Assembly: GCA_009602735.1 (NCBI GenBank)
Contig: WELA01001939.1
Coordinates: forward strand, 636,579 to 700,578
Reading direction: 5' to 3'
Length of the DNA stretch: 64,000 bases
DNA from: Mesotaenium endlicherianum
Taxonomy: Eukaryota
Part shown: positions 1 to 12,800 of the stretch, piece after piece
Position numbering within the stretch: the first letter of the stretch is position 1
Layout: the number at the start of each line of letters is the position of its first letter
Made by a program: the position numbers and the translations under genes
Notes under the pieces: generated by a model
The model's input: only the letters and a program-made list of their open reading frames with translations
Database searches by the model: none
What the model was told of the DNA's origin: nothing

Positions 1-44
1 GGGGGTGGATTTGGGGGGGGGGGGAGGGGAGAGGCGCTGCTCAC

Positions 45-1124
45 CATGTCCACGACGGCTTGGCTGGAAAGGAACTCGAAGACGCCGTCGCTGGCGATGA
101 GGAAGAAGGGGTGCTGTCCCGTGAGCTCGAGAACGAGCACTTCGGGGACAGCTGTCACGCCGATGCGTTCCGCCACGGTGTCGCCCACGCTGCGCGTGAA
201 GGCGGTCCCGGGGTACATCCCGTTGGGCACCCAGAGGCGCGGGGGGTCGCCGTCGTCGTCGTCCTCACCGCCCCAGCACTGCACGTTGGGGTTCTTGAGG
301 CCCTCGAGCTGGTCGAGCGTGAGCACGCGCGCGCCGCACGCCTTGACGCGCGCGCACTCGTCCGGCCGGAACGGCGTCTGGTCGTTGGAGAGGTCGACCG
401 CAACGAGCTGGCTGCCGCGGCGTTCCGCCAGCACTGCGCGCGAGTCGCCCACGTTAGCGGCGTACAGCGTGCGCCCCCGCAGGAACACGGAGATCCCCGT
501 GGTCCCGCTCATCGTGTCGTCGACGGGCGACTTGTGCAGCTGCAGGTTTGTCGTCACAAACGCCGCGTGCAGCGTCTGCGGCACGTCCGTCGCAAACAGC
601 CGGTGCTTCAGCACGTTCTCCTGCAGCTTGTCGCGGCAGTACTGGGAGCAGGGGGTGCCGTGCTCCCCGTGCCCGTCGAACACCCCAAACAAGTGGTCAT
701 CGGGGTTCGGCCCGAAGTGGGGGCACACGCAGAATGCGTCCTGGTTGGGCTTGTTGGGGGCCTCCGGGTAGTAGCCCCGTTGGGTGAGGTAGGCGATGTT
801 GAGAGAGATTCCGGCCTCCCCGGGCTCCGTCCGATGCACCCCGTTTGGCGCAGGCTCCGAAAGGGGCTCGGGTGGCGGGGCGTCCTTTCTGCTAGCTGCA
901 CTTGCAACAGGCTGCACTACCTTTACTGGCGGAGCAACCTTCTGGTCCTCTGCTTCGTCTACCTGTGCGCCATTCGGCTGCTCCTTTTGCGGCCGGCTGT
1001 CTGGCGCGGGCTGCTCGACAGCTGGCACTTGCGGTGCTTCTTTTACTTGCTTCGCTGCAGAGGCTACCGCCCCTACCTCTTTCTTTTCGTCCTCGCGCAC
1101 GGGCTTGCTACTCAAGCAGCCCAT
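45..1124 (-). CDS. Plant-type PP2C protein phosphatase, first exon (PP2C/cNMP-binding/kinase-type family or its PP2C-only relative); gene continues beyond the left window edge
   Basis: Minus frame not in the ORF track: MGCLSSKP...YLTQRGYYPEAPNKPNQDAF...FGVFDGHG...SGTT...ANVGDSRAVL...DGDPPRLWVPNGMYPGTAFTRSVGD...IASDGVFEFLSSQAVVDM, then a GTGAG donor at 44. PP2C metal-binding motifs and an N-terminal MGC acylation signal are present. Confidence 0.92.
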
Positions 1125-2720
1125 TACTGGTTCCCAATAACCCGGCTAGCCCACGGGGGAGCAACCTATACCGTAACCTTCATCAGCATAACTGAAGTTC
1201 CCTTCTGCAATTGCAATTGTTCAGATTGAAGGCTGCTCACTCCAGGATATCGACTAAATTTCAAATTAGGGACTGCGTTGGCAAAATGCAATGCACCACC
1301 ACCGTCATAACGTATATCAGTCTGAACTTGGACTTGACTGGCCCTTGTGCAGGCTTGTAGCAATTGGCAGGAGGCTGCAGTGCCCGATGCAGTGTAAACG
1401 AGAGTGGACAATATTTGGCCCAACAACTTTCCTTGAAAGCTCGACGATGTAATTCCGTAGATACGTGCTAAATTTAGAGCTGAGAGGAGGAAACTGAATT
1501 CAGGCCTCGACTTTCAAGTTCTTATCTGCTTCTATCTGCCACCTCCAATTCCGCTGTGACCTTAACCTGAGCTGGTTAGATCGCGACCTACAAATCTAGG
1601 AGGTCGATGAGGTGGCACCTGCTCGACCACTTACACTTGGAAAAAAGTACGGGCGGCAAACGTGATGGATAAAGAGGAGAAAAACGAAATGCCGTGGATT
1701 CATTCGAGGGCGGGAAGGGGCGGAAGCAGGCGGAAGCTATCATACAAAGTGATACAAAGTGGTAAAAAGTGAAACTTGTTTGCTTCATGTTGGCAATTAT
1801 TAAGTTTTAGACGTCCGTGTTGTCGGTCTATATGCGTTTATGCTTCATCGTGGCAACCCCTGGCCAATTTCTTGGTGATCAGCCGCCGACTCCATGCTGG
1901 ATCACTAAAAATAAGCTGCAGACAGAAATCTTGCAGAACTGTGTTTGGTTCTGTGATGTGCTCGCGTTCCGCCCGAGACCAGGTTATCACGAATGTCCAT
2001 TCTGTTGCGACAGGTTACGACTCGAGTCGGGACTAGACTGGTGGGAACGAGTTGAACAATGTAGAGGACTTTGAGTTGACATTCACGAGATCGTCATCGT
2101 GAAACGTTTTGAGGGTTATTTAAAACATTGAGTTTTCAAATGCATGTGAAGTCTTATCAGCACAACCAGATAGCATGCGTTGATCAGCAACACAGTCCCA
2201 GACAGGTCATGGAGAGAGCGTGTCGTGCCTAATCGCGTCGACACCACAGGCACGTGTGATGGTCGCAACCACGTGTGCCGTCGACCTGATCGCCTTGTCA
2301 GTGGTCCTCCACACGTGGGTCGCCAACTCGGTCGTTCACCACAGACCGGTTTTTGCACGTGTGTCGGTGGCAGGTTGCACTCGGTTGACTATGCACTGGT
2401 CATCCTGAACTGGCACGAACCAATTTTGTGTTAACACTTTTTAATGTGTTTCATACCGAGTCCTTTCTTGATCCTTCTTGCAAGGACTTCAGCAATTTTG
2501 CAAGTTGTTTTTTACAGCTTAAATCTCCTTACAAGGACAAAAGCATCTACATCTTAGCAAGCTCTTCGTCCAAGTTGAAGACTTCATAGTTGATGACAAT
2601 TTGGTTTGCAAAAAACACAAAGCAATTAAACAAGAAAGTACCAGCACCCAAAAAAAATCGCCCACAAGGGCTTTTGCTTTACTTTCAAAAGAACAAGCTT
2701 ACAAAACTCCAAATTCTATT

Positions 2721-3093
2721 TGTAATAAATCAGTATGTTGCAGATATGATATTCAATTAAATATAATAGTTAACAAACTTCAGTTTGTTGAACCATATGT
2801 TATATTAAGTCATCTGCTGGACTTTTAGTAATATTCAATATAATGACTTAGCCAGAAGCAACAGGCTGAAGTCTATTATGTCAGCTTGCTGACACATTCT
2901 TTGACATTCAGGTGACCACTTACGTGGTGCCAGTAAACTGCCTAAGTATGCACTTGAGTGTGATATGCTAGATGAATGGCTAGATGACACCTCGAGTGGA
3001 TGGCGATTCGAGATGAGGGGAGATGGCTATGGATTTGGTTAGCCGAGGTCTTACCGACGTGGTTAACTCTTGGGTAGGCGGTGCCATTGCACT
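2721..3093 (+). mobile_element. Degenerate 5' half of a family-A LTR, cut by a family-E LTR
   Basis: Starts TGTAATAAATCAGTATG and aligns by eye with 20737-21110 up to GGTGCCATTGCAC, where the family-E LTR begins. Confidence 0.8.
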
Positions 3094-4039
3094 TGTAAGG
3101 TCATAGGATTGTAGAGTGCATTTTGTGGTCATTTTGGTATAAAATTCGTCGAATTTGGATGAGTATTGGGAAAGTTATAAATTTCGGAAGTTTTGTTGAT
3201 TCTAAGGTTGGTCCACGACTGTTCTTAATTTGCGGTGAGTGCGACCGTCGGATTGACCGACAGCATCGAGCAATCTGGGCCGTTAGAGTGAATCCAAACC
3301 TTCACGTAATTTCGGCTGACGCGGAACCAGGTCAATTTACTTAGAAGTTCCGGAATAGCCTAGCGCGCCTAACTTAGCATATTCTAGATATTTTCATGCC
3401 TTCATGTGAGCGTCAAATCGACTCGACACGTCGGATGAGGCTGATTTGGCTTACTCACAAATATTCTGGAAGGGACGAGTTGACAAAGACATAGAAATTT
3501 TGTTGCTAAGCGGCCCTCCCTCCTAGAGGTGAGCGGTCGTCATGAAAACTTTAAATAGGCATGACTTTTTCGTTTCTTATCAATTTTCACTTATGTAAAT
3601 TTCTACGAGTTTGTAATAACAAGGCCTTTCATCCTACTCCATTTGTGAGCACTTTCTTGCTACTCAAAATATTGAGTAATTTTCCTAAGCTTTCTTAGCA
3701 ATATGCCACTGCACTCTCGAGTATGATTGCAACTAGTTTTGTTCCTCGTGAGTCACTATGCTTTCATTAGGGCACTTTGCCCTTTTCGTCTGGTATCGGT
3801 GCTGGGCTAGTTTGCATATTATATTATGGAGTCGCAGTCGGCAGCCGGAGGAGGCAAACATGTCGAGCATGTTGAGCGCGTGGAGCAGCAGACAATGTTA
3901 ACAATGACTAAAGAGCAACAAGATATGCAGGCGATGCTAAGGCACATGACAACCGCAATTGGAGGAGAAGTCTACACCCATTTTCAACAAAATATGCGCA
4001 AGGAGGTGGAGAAAATGGTGCAAATTGATGTTCGGAACG
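3094..4039 (+). mobile_element. Family-E LTR retroelement 5' end: LTR (~3094-3788), PBS (3791-3802) and start of a gag-like ORF (3826), truncated by the family-B element
   Basis: TGTAAGGTCATAG start; homologous to the minus-strand solo LTR 17912-19394; TGGTATCGGTGC tRNA-iMet-type PBS follows. Confidence 0.75.
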
Positions 4040-4559
4040 TGTAGTGATTTAAGTTATAATATATTAATTTGCAAATATTTTAATGCTTTTGAATATATTT
4101 GGAGTAGTATTGTGTGGAGTCAAGTGTGAATAGATACTCTAGTGACGTGGTTCATGTCTTTGAACCTTCTAAGGCATTTTCGAAGTTAGAGGAAAGACCT
4201 ACAAGAACTCCATGTGGCAAAAGTCAAATGTGCCATTTTTAGGTCAAAAGGACATGTGTACATTATTCTAGAAAGAGGTGGCAAGTTTTGGGATGTGTTG
4301 GGTGCCAACACATCAACATGCACCTTCCTAGAGATTACTTATGTAGCAAGTATATAAACAAGAGCCAGAACATAGAAAGACATGGGAGAATCACTCTTGT
4401 ACTTGCCAAATTCCAGAAATATATTAACTTCCAAGAAGCTACCACTTGTGTTCAAAGATCCTTGTCTTGAATAGATAAAGTATTATATTTCACTAAGTAC
4501 TTTATCTATCTGTTTCACTACAGTGGTATCAAAGCTAGGCACTTTGGTAGCACAAGAAG

Positions 4560-7500
4560 ATGGCCGATCCTCAAGACCAACAGCAAGCTTTCAAAGGAAG
4601 CACTTCATCTTCAAGAGACCCTCCTCCAACGTCGATGGGAGAGCCCACTCGAGAAAATCTGCAACAACAAGAAGCACCACAAGGAGGAGCACCGTCAAAT
4701 CCCGTGGCAGCCGCTATAGCAAAGTTGACCCCACCACAAGGAGTTCCCGCAAATGAGTGGGCAGCCTTCCTAATGACCGTCCACAAGCAAGTGGGCTTGG
4801 CCACCTATGAAGCAACCGTGCAAGCGTCAAGAGAAGCTATGGCTGCCATGGTTGCCCCTATTGCGAGCAACGCTCAAAATTCAGCCCAGGCTCAAGCGCC
4901 TCCACAAGAGCCTATAAGAGCAAGGAAACTCATCAAGCCCGGCAAACCAGACACTTTCAATCTTGGGAGAGGAGCCAAATTGAATCTGTGGCTCTACCAA
5001 GTGGAGACGTACCTTACATTCCTTAAAGTACCCGAGAAGGACTGCGTCCCTTTTGCCGTTACCTTGCTCAGAGGAGCAGCAACATCATTGTGGTGTAACC
5101 ATCAAGCGACTGTATATCAAGCTGTGGCGCATGGCGTACCCGGCCAAGAGCCCCCACCATCATATGCAAGATGGCTGGATTTTCGTGAAGCCCTCCGGAA
5201 GCAATTCATGCCCATCAATGCGGATAAAATATGGAGAAAAACTTCGCCATCTCAAGCAAACAACGTCCGTTCAAGAATATACATCCATATTTCATGACCT
5301 CACTCTTGAGATCCCCAGCATGGCGCTCGAGGAGAAGATTGATCGTTATGTATCTGGCCTGAAGCCCAAGGTGGCAAACGAAGTGGAATTGCGCGACTTG
5401 ACGGACTTTTTAAAGATTATTGAAGTGGCTCAAAAGGTGGATACCTTAGATTTCAAGCACTCCGTACCTTCATCTTCACGGGCACTGGCGGCGCGGGTGT
5501 ACGCAGCCCCTTCCCCATCTGAATCAAGATCCACACCCAGGGAAATTTGAGTTATTAAAAGGGACCCCGCGGCTGCCCGAAAGAGTGGAAGACCCTCGAA
5601 AGACATTTATGATGCAAGAAACCAGCAAGGAGTGAAAGCAAGACTCTCCCCGGCCGAAAAAGAAGCTCTCATGACGGCTGGATTATGCTTTTATTCTAAG
5701 GAGAAGGGCCATCGTGCACTCTTATGCCCCAAAAAGTTGTCAAAAAACGGGCAGCGCCCGAAGGCCAGGAGCCTACCACCCCAAAACCCACTTTACGAGA
5801 AGACAACAAGCCAAGTGAGGTGGAGATCCTCGTTGAAGACGACGTTCCAGCCCCAATGAGTTTGAGAGGTAACCTTGGAGGAGAGAAGGTCCACATCTTG
5901 GTGGATAGCGGAGCTCAAGGCAACTTCATTGCTGCAGATTTTGCCACCAAGCACAGTATTACTATGCGAACTCTTGACCACGACGAGGAGATTATGATGC
6001 CCGACGGATTCTCCTATACTACCCCTTCCAAGAAGACGTACTCCTTGGCACTCTCTATCAAGTCCTTCAAGGATAGAGTAGTGTTCTCCCCCATGCAATT
6101 GGGCAAGTACGACGTCATCCTAGGGACGCCTTGGTTGACCAAGCACAACCCTCAAGTTGATTGGAGGGACGGTACTATCAAGATCAGGAATGACATCACT
6201 TCAAGAACCTGTATTTTGCGCGCAATCCAGAATATCCAGATCCAAGACATCCAGAAGCCGGCACACGAGATACTATTGTCCGCCCTCCAACTCAAGAGAC
6301 TTGTGAGGAAGGGACACGAGCTTCTTTTGGCCTTGATCACGCCAAAAGACATCAAGAAAGACATCGAGAGTCAAGAAGGCAGCCCCGTTCCCAAGGAGAT
6401 ACAAGAAGTCTTAGAGGACTACAAAGAAGTATTCTCCCCGGAATTGCCCAAGGGCCTACCCCCCAAAAGATTCGTAGACCACAAGATAGAGTTGGAGCCC
6501 GGAAGCAAGCCCATCTCTCGGCCTACGTTCAAAATGTCATACACGGAGCTAGACGAAGTCAAGAAGCAAATCAAGGAGCTACTGGAGCATGGCTTCATTC
6601 GACCTAGCAAGTCGCCATTTGGAGCCCCGGTGCTATTTGTCAAGAGAAAGATGGTACCTTGAGGATGTGTGTGGACTATCGCGCCCTCAACAAGATCACC
6701 ATCAAGAATCGATATCGGCTGCCGCGCATGGATGAGCTCATGGACCGGCTGGTTGGAGCCAAGTACTTCATGAAGGTGGACTTGAGAAGCGGCTACCACC
6801 AGATTTGCATTGCTGAACCTGACATAGAGAAAACGGCATTCATGACAAGATATGGACATTTTGAGTTCATGGTCCTGCCATTGGGACTCACCAACGCGCC
6901 AGCAACTTTCATGACTATGATGAACACCATGTTTCAGCCCATGTTGGACAGATTTGTGGTGGCATTCATTGATGACATCCTTATTTGCAGCAAGACCCTT
7001 GAAGAGCATGCGAGCCACTCAAAAGAAGTCCTCGAAGTATTGAAGCAAAACAAGCTATTTGCAAAGGAGTCAAAGTGCGAGTTTGCCAAACAAGAAGTGG
7101 AGTTCCTAGGTCTCCACGTGACTGCTGATGGCATCAAGATGGACCCCAAGAAGCCCACGGTGGTGGAGGAATGGCCAACCCCCACGACCAAGAAAGAACT
7201 CCAATCATTCTTGTGATTTGCCAATTGGTACAAGAGATTCATCCAAAGCTTCTCGCACATAGCAGCCCCTCTCACGAATCTACTCAAAAAAGACAAGCCA
7301 TATGTTTGGACCAAGAAAGAGGAGGAAGGATTCCAACTGAAGCAAAGATTGGGGACATCCCCAATGCTCACACTCCCAAGTCCAAACCCAAATTGGCCCT
7401 TCCACGTCATCACCGATGCATCTTCTTATGCAATTGGAGCAACCTTGCTCCAAGACCAAGGCAAGGGATTGTAGCCCATCGCCTACGAGTCAAGGAAGCT

Positions 7501-9791
7501 AAATCCAGCCGAGCAAAATTATACAACCACGGAGCGAGAGGCGTTAGCGATTATACATGCCTTGCAGGTTTGGCGCTGTTATGTTGAAGGACGCAAGGTG
7601 CTGGTCACTACGGACTACGAGGCGTTGAAGCACCTTCAGATGCAGCCGTATCTCATAAGGAGACAAGCAAGATGGAGTGGATACTTGCAACAATACAACA
7701 TCAAGATTCAGTACCAACCCGGGAAGACAAATCCAACCGACCCTCTTTCAAGACTACAAGCGAACTCGGTTACGACAACCTTACATACGAATTTGAAGCC
7801 AAGATTTTCAACCGCCTATGAAAGAGACCCTTACTACAACAACGGAGAAGCGGCCTTGGACCCATACAAGAAGCAAGAAGGCAATTATTGGGTGAGGCAA
7901 GACACAGGCCAGAGATGTGTTCCAAATGACTTAGACCTCCGGCTCTTGCTTCTTTGAGAAGCACACAACAACCCTCTTGGAGGACACTTTGGGATCCTCA
8001 AGACCACGGGCGTTCTAGCCAGGACTTATTGCTGGCCAGGCATGTCTAAGCAAGTCAAGGAATACTGCAGGAGTTGTGACACGTGCCAAAGGGTCAAGCC
8101 CTCATCACAAAAGGCGGGAGGACTCCTCCAACTACTACCAATTCCGGAAAGACAATGGACGAACATCTCGATGGACCTTATCGTGGACCTGCCCGTGACA
8201 CCTCGAGGCCATAATGCAATACTAACGGTGATGGACAGACTTACCAAGATGGCTCATTTTATTCCCACAACGACTAAGGCTACAGCACCACAACTTGCAA
8301 GACTCATCTTTGACAACATCTTCCGACTCCATGGACTACCATCAAGAATTGTATTGGATAGAGAGCCCTTCGGGAAAATAAACATTTTCGCCCGGATCCA
8401 AGATTCACAAGCCATTTCTGGAAAAATCTCTTCAAGAACTTGGGTACATCGCTGGATATGTCCACTGCCTACCACCCGCAATCAGATGGACATACAGAGC
8501 GTATGAATCGTACCCTAAAGAACTTTCTAAAGGCCTACGTGTCTATCCTGAAGCAAAACTGGGGAATGTACTTGACCACCTTGGGGTTTGACTACAACAA
8601 CACTACTATAGTGAAATAGATAGGATAAAGTACTTAGTTGAAGGCAATACTTTATCTATTCAAGACAAGGATCTTTGAACACAAGTGGTAGCTTCTTGAA
8701 AGAGAGATGGCTTCTTGAAAGTTAATATATTTCTGGAATTTGGCAAGTACAAGAGTGATTCTCCAATGCCTTTCTATGTTCTAGCTCTTGCTTATGTACT
8801 TGCTACATAAGTAGTTTCTAGGAAGGTGCATGTTGATGTGTTGGCATCCAACACATCCCAAAATTTGCCACCTCTTTCTAGAATAATGTACACATGTTTT
8901 TTTGACCTCAAAATGGCACATTTGACTTTTGCCACATGGAGTTCTTCTAGGTCCTTCCTCTAACTTCGAAAATGCCTTAGAAGGTTCAAAGGACATGAAC
9001 AAGTCACTAGAGTATCTATTCACACTTGAATCCACACAATACTACTCCAAATATATTTGAAAACATTAAAATAATAGCAAGCTAATATATTATAACTCAA
9101 ATCTCTACACTTCGCAGGCCTCTACCCAAGAGTCCCCATTCTTCCTCAACTATGGATTCCATCCAACCACGCCACTGAGCTTCACGGCTGGCCATGATGA
9201 ATCACCTGCAGCAACAGATTTTTTCGAAACATTAGAAGCAACCCTTACAGCAGCGAAGAAAGCTCTACAACAGGCGCAAGATGCTCAAGCAAGAGTCGCA
9301 AACAGGTCCACAAGTCTTTGGGACCCTTCAAGATTATCCAGCAAGTCAACCCCGTTGCTTTCAATCTAGAACTTCCCTAGACTATGCATATCGATCCCGT
9401 ATTCCACGCTTCCCTCTTCAAGCCATATGTGCAACCCGACAACAAGTTCCCAGGACGAGTGACAACCCCACCAGCCCCAACAATAGTGGATGATCATATG
9501 GAGTACGAAGTGGAAGACATAAGGGCTATTAGAAATTTCAGGAGACAACAGCAATACTTGATCAAGTGGAAAGGATATCCAGATTCGGAAAATGATTGGG
9601 TGGCAGCGCACTACCTTGACAAAGTTCAGAGAAAGCTGAAACGCTTCCATGCCGCCAACCCCCATCTTGAACCAGCCCCAAGTCTCTCTACTAGAAGCCC
9701 GAAGAATTCAAGGAGGCGGCTTGCCACCATGAAGAAGCAACAGAAGTCCCCTTGGAGGCAGCCTGCAAGAACAAGAGAGAGGAAAAATTGA
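4560..9791 (+). pseudogene. Family-B gag-pol (gag, protease, RT, RNase H, integrase, chromodomain) with frameshifts and stops
   Basis: LVDSGA protease, [10 protein letters not shown] and FIDDILI RT, CRSCDTCQ/ISMDLIVDLP integrase, YEVEDI...YLIKWKGY chromodomain, split across several ORFs. Confidence 0.92.
8607..9109 (-). mobile_element. Family-B solo LTR inserted antisense in the family-B integrase
   Basis: Reverse complement of 4040-4522; integrase coding (GFDYNN... / QASTQESPFFLNYG) is interrupted and resumes at ~9110. Confidence 0.85.
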
Positions 9792-9882
9792 CATTAGACA
9801 CTCATCTCTTCTCGCAATTTCTGGACATAATTCTAAAACTGCTACTGGTGATAGGTCTCTGCAAAATAACTTGTAAGATTCT

Positions 9883-12800
9883 ACGTGTACGCGACTCCGC
9901 GAACAGTTACGACTTTTCAAAAAGTCGCGTGAACGCAAATACGCCCGTTTGGCGTGAAACGGTTTTTCGGAAATTGTCGAAAAGTCTCCAAACGGCCAAA
10001 CGGCGCGTTTCGTGCATTCGGCCGAATGGGTCGTACCCCTTCGTCTGTTTACGTTGAACATGAACCAGTGCCCTAGGTGGTGACTCGAAGCACTCCAGTG
10101 CCTCATGTTGTGCAAGTATAAATACTTGCAAGAGTCATTGTGAGTGCAACTCTCACAAGCACACATTCTACGTTAGTTTTCATTTTCGCTTTCTCGAGGA
10201 TTTGTCAATTTGCACAAGTATATAGATTTCCTTTCCACTTCAATTAAATAATCCTTGAATACCGAGGAAAAGATCCTCTCGAAAAGCAGAAACATTACAT
10301 TGGTATCGGAGCCGATCTCGGTTTCTCCAAGGAATTTAATTTTTTGTAGTGGTTGAAATATATTTCGGGGTCTTTTTTGTACTGGGAGGGTCACCCATCC
10401 CAGTACTGCCCTGGGCTACGGTCGCTTATCGTAGAAATCTGTTATGGGCAATTCTTCGAACTGGACGGTCACCCATCCCAGTTCTGCTCTGAACCTACGG
10501 TCGCTTATCGTAGCCACTTTCGACGGGAATTTTTTTCTCCATTTTTCGGCGTTTCCTAGGGTTTCCAGAAAAATCCTTACGCCGGCGCCAACGCAGCGGT
10601 TGTTGGTGCAACTGCGCTGCTGCCGCTCTTGCCGCTGGCCACGACTACACCCTCAACGGTCCCTCAGGCCAACTAGGCGCTGTCGGAATCTTTTCCGTTG
10701 AACCCTTTTTTCGCCACGTTCATTGCGCACAGTCGCTGGGTTTCCAAGATGGTTATTAACACCGCAATTCGTTCATACTTGCAGGCTGTCCAGGGGGTTG
10801 CTAGCACATCTGGGACCGCTGGCAACGTTACTCTTCAGCCCCTCCCACTTGCCACCCCTGGGCAGGCCTCGGCATCGACGCCTACCCACAAACCCTCCCC
10901 GCTTGAGGAATTTCAAGGTCGCCCAAAGTCCACAGCAGCTCGCGAGACGAGACAACAAAAGGAGCCAGCCGTACAGCCTCGTCGTCAGCCTGTTCGCACT
11001 ATACATCCTCCTCATACCGGTTTTCATACGTCTCGTAAGGGAGGTCCGAAACGGCATAACCCTTCCAAAAACGGAAACATTGCCAATTCACCAGGACCTG
11101 CCCTAAAGACTCGTAAGATTAATAACACCGAGACTCGTCTCCACATTGTGGCGCCGGGTATGTATTTTTCATGTGGCAAAAAGGGACATACCTTTGAAAC
11201 GTATCCATTAAGAAAGGATTCGCGGTATAGTCCCGACGACGTAGCTCGGGAGCCAGTCATTGCGCCTCTTTCTGAGCTATTGACAACACTATTTAGTGAG
11301 CAAGAACTTCTAGGTGTATGTTCGCATACACCCAAGATTCTTGTTCTCTCCGACATACCCGATATAAATATACTTCAAAACGAATATATTTGTATGCAAG
11401 TGTTGAGCTTTGTTGAGTTCTTGGAACTCGAGTGCATCTATGATTCCATGTTCTTGCACTTTTAGCCGCATGATCCTAACCTTGACAAGTGTTACGCACA
11501 CTTGGCTCGTTTAAGGAAAATGCATAAATGCCTTGCATCAATTTATATTGCTGCATTCGCAACACGACACCCGTATGGTGAGTCAATAACTCATTTTCGG
11601 GCTGGACTGGCAATGCAAAATAGGATTTTGGTAAAGGACCTCGAAATTTCTCACATTCCTCTCAAGGCGAGGACATTGCTAGTGATGCATAAAGCTTCTT
11701 TGGGGTTAAGTATGACGTTTGACGCGAAAGTTTCAGGCAAGTCATGCTTTACAATCATTGATTCAGGCGCATCAGTGAGCTTCATTAGTGCACGTTTTGC
11801 ACAAGGGATGAAGTTGATTCCACCACTCAAGGACGAGGAACTTCGCCTTGGCAATGGCTCGTTAGCTTGTATTATTGGAAAGATAAAATTGCAACTCAAA
11901 GTGCAATCATACATCGGCCACGAACAATTCTACGTCACTGAATTGCCCGCTGGTATTGATGCAATTATGGGTACAACTTGGCTTACGCAGACCAGTGCAT
12001 TGCTTGACTTCCGTCCAAAGACATGCATTGTTCGCAAAGGGACAAGGAAGATTACTCTCCAGTCTCTTAAGCCCGACATGGCCATAAAAATTCCTTCGAA
12101 GACTCTTCTATTGTCCATCAAGCAAGCTAGACGTTTGGCAAAACGAGGTCAAAATATTTTCTTTGGATTACTGCGACCTGATTCCCCAGTCACTTCCATT
12201 AAGCTCTTTACGGAGGAGCCCGTGTTAGACGTGATTGGTCATGAGAGACACTCACAGTTGAACTTTCTGCTCTTTTGCAAAAGTACAAATCAGTATTCCC
12301 AAGTGAAATACCAGCCGGGCTTCCGCCTGATAGGGATATTGGACATACGATTCCTCTCATTCCCAATTCTCAACCGACTTGGAGACCGATTTATCGCCTC
12401 AGTCCGTTGGAGATGAACAAAATGAAGGACCAAATTAGCAATTTGCTTGAGAAAGGATGGATTGAGCCGAGCTCTTCTCCATTCGGGGCGCCCATTCTAT
12501 TTGTTCAAAAGAAAGATGGGACGCTTAGAATGTGCATTGATTATCGTGCGCTGAACATCATAACGGTCAAGAACCGCTATTCGTTGCCTCGCATTGATGA
12601 CTTGTTTGATTCGCTGAAGGGGGCATGCGTGTTCTCCTCGCTTGATTTAGCCCAAGGCTATCGTCAGATACAAATCATACCAGAGGATGTATCCAAGACA
12701 GCGTTTCGGACGCCTATTGGGCATTTCCAATACAAAGTCCTAAGTTTTGGACTTACCAATGCACCCGCGACATTCCAAAGCACGATGAACGATTTGTTTT

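Noticed and set aside
46..1229. Plus-strand ORFs of 241 and 389 aa
   Set aside because: Antisense shadows of the GC-rich PP2C exon; no recognisable motifs.
1900..2700. Possible DNA-transposon or Helitron remnants here and at ~41630-42800
   Set aside because: No TIR, TSD or terminal motif that I could verify.
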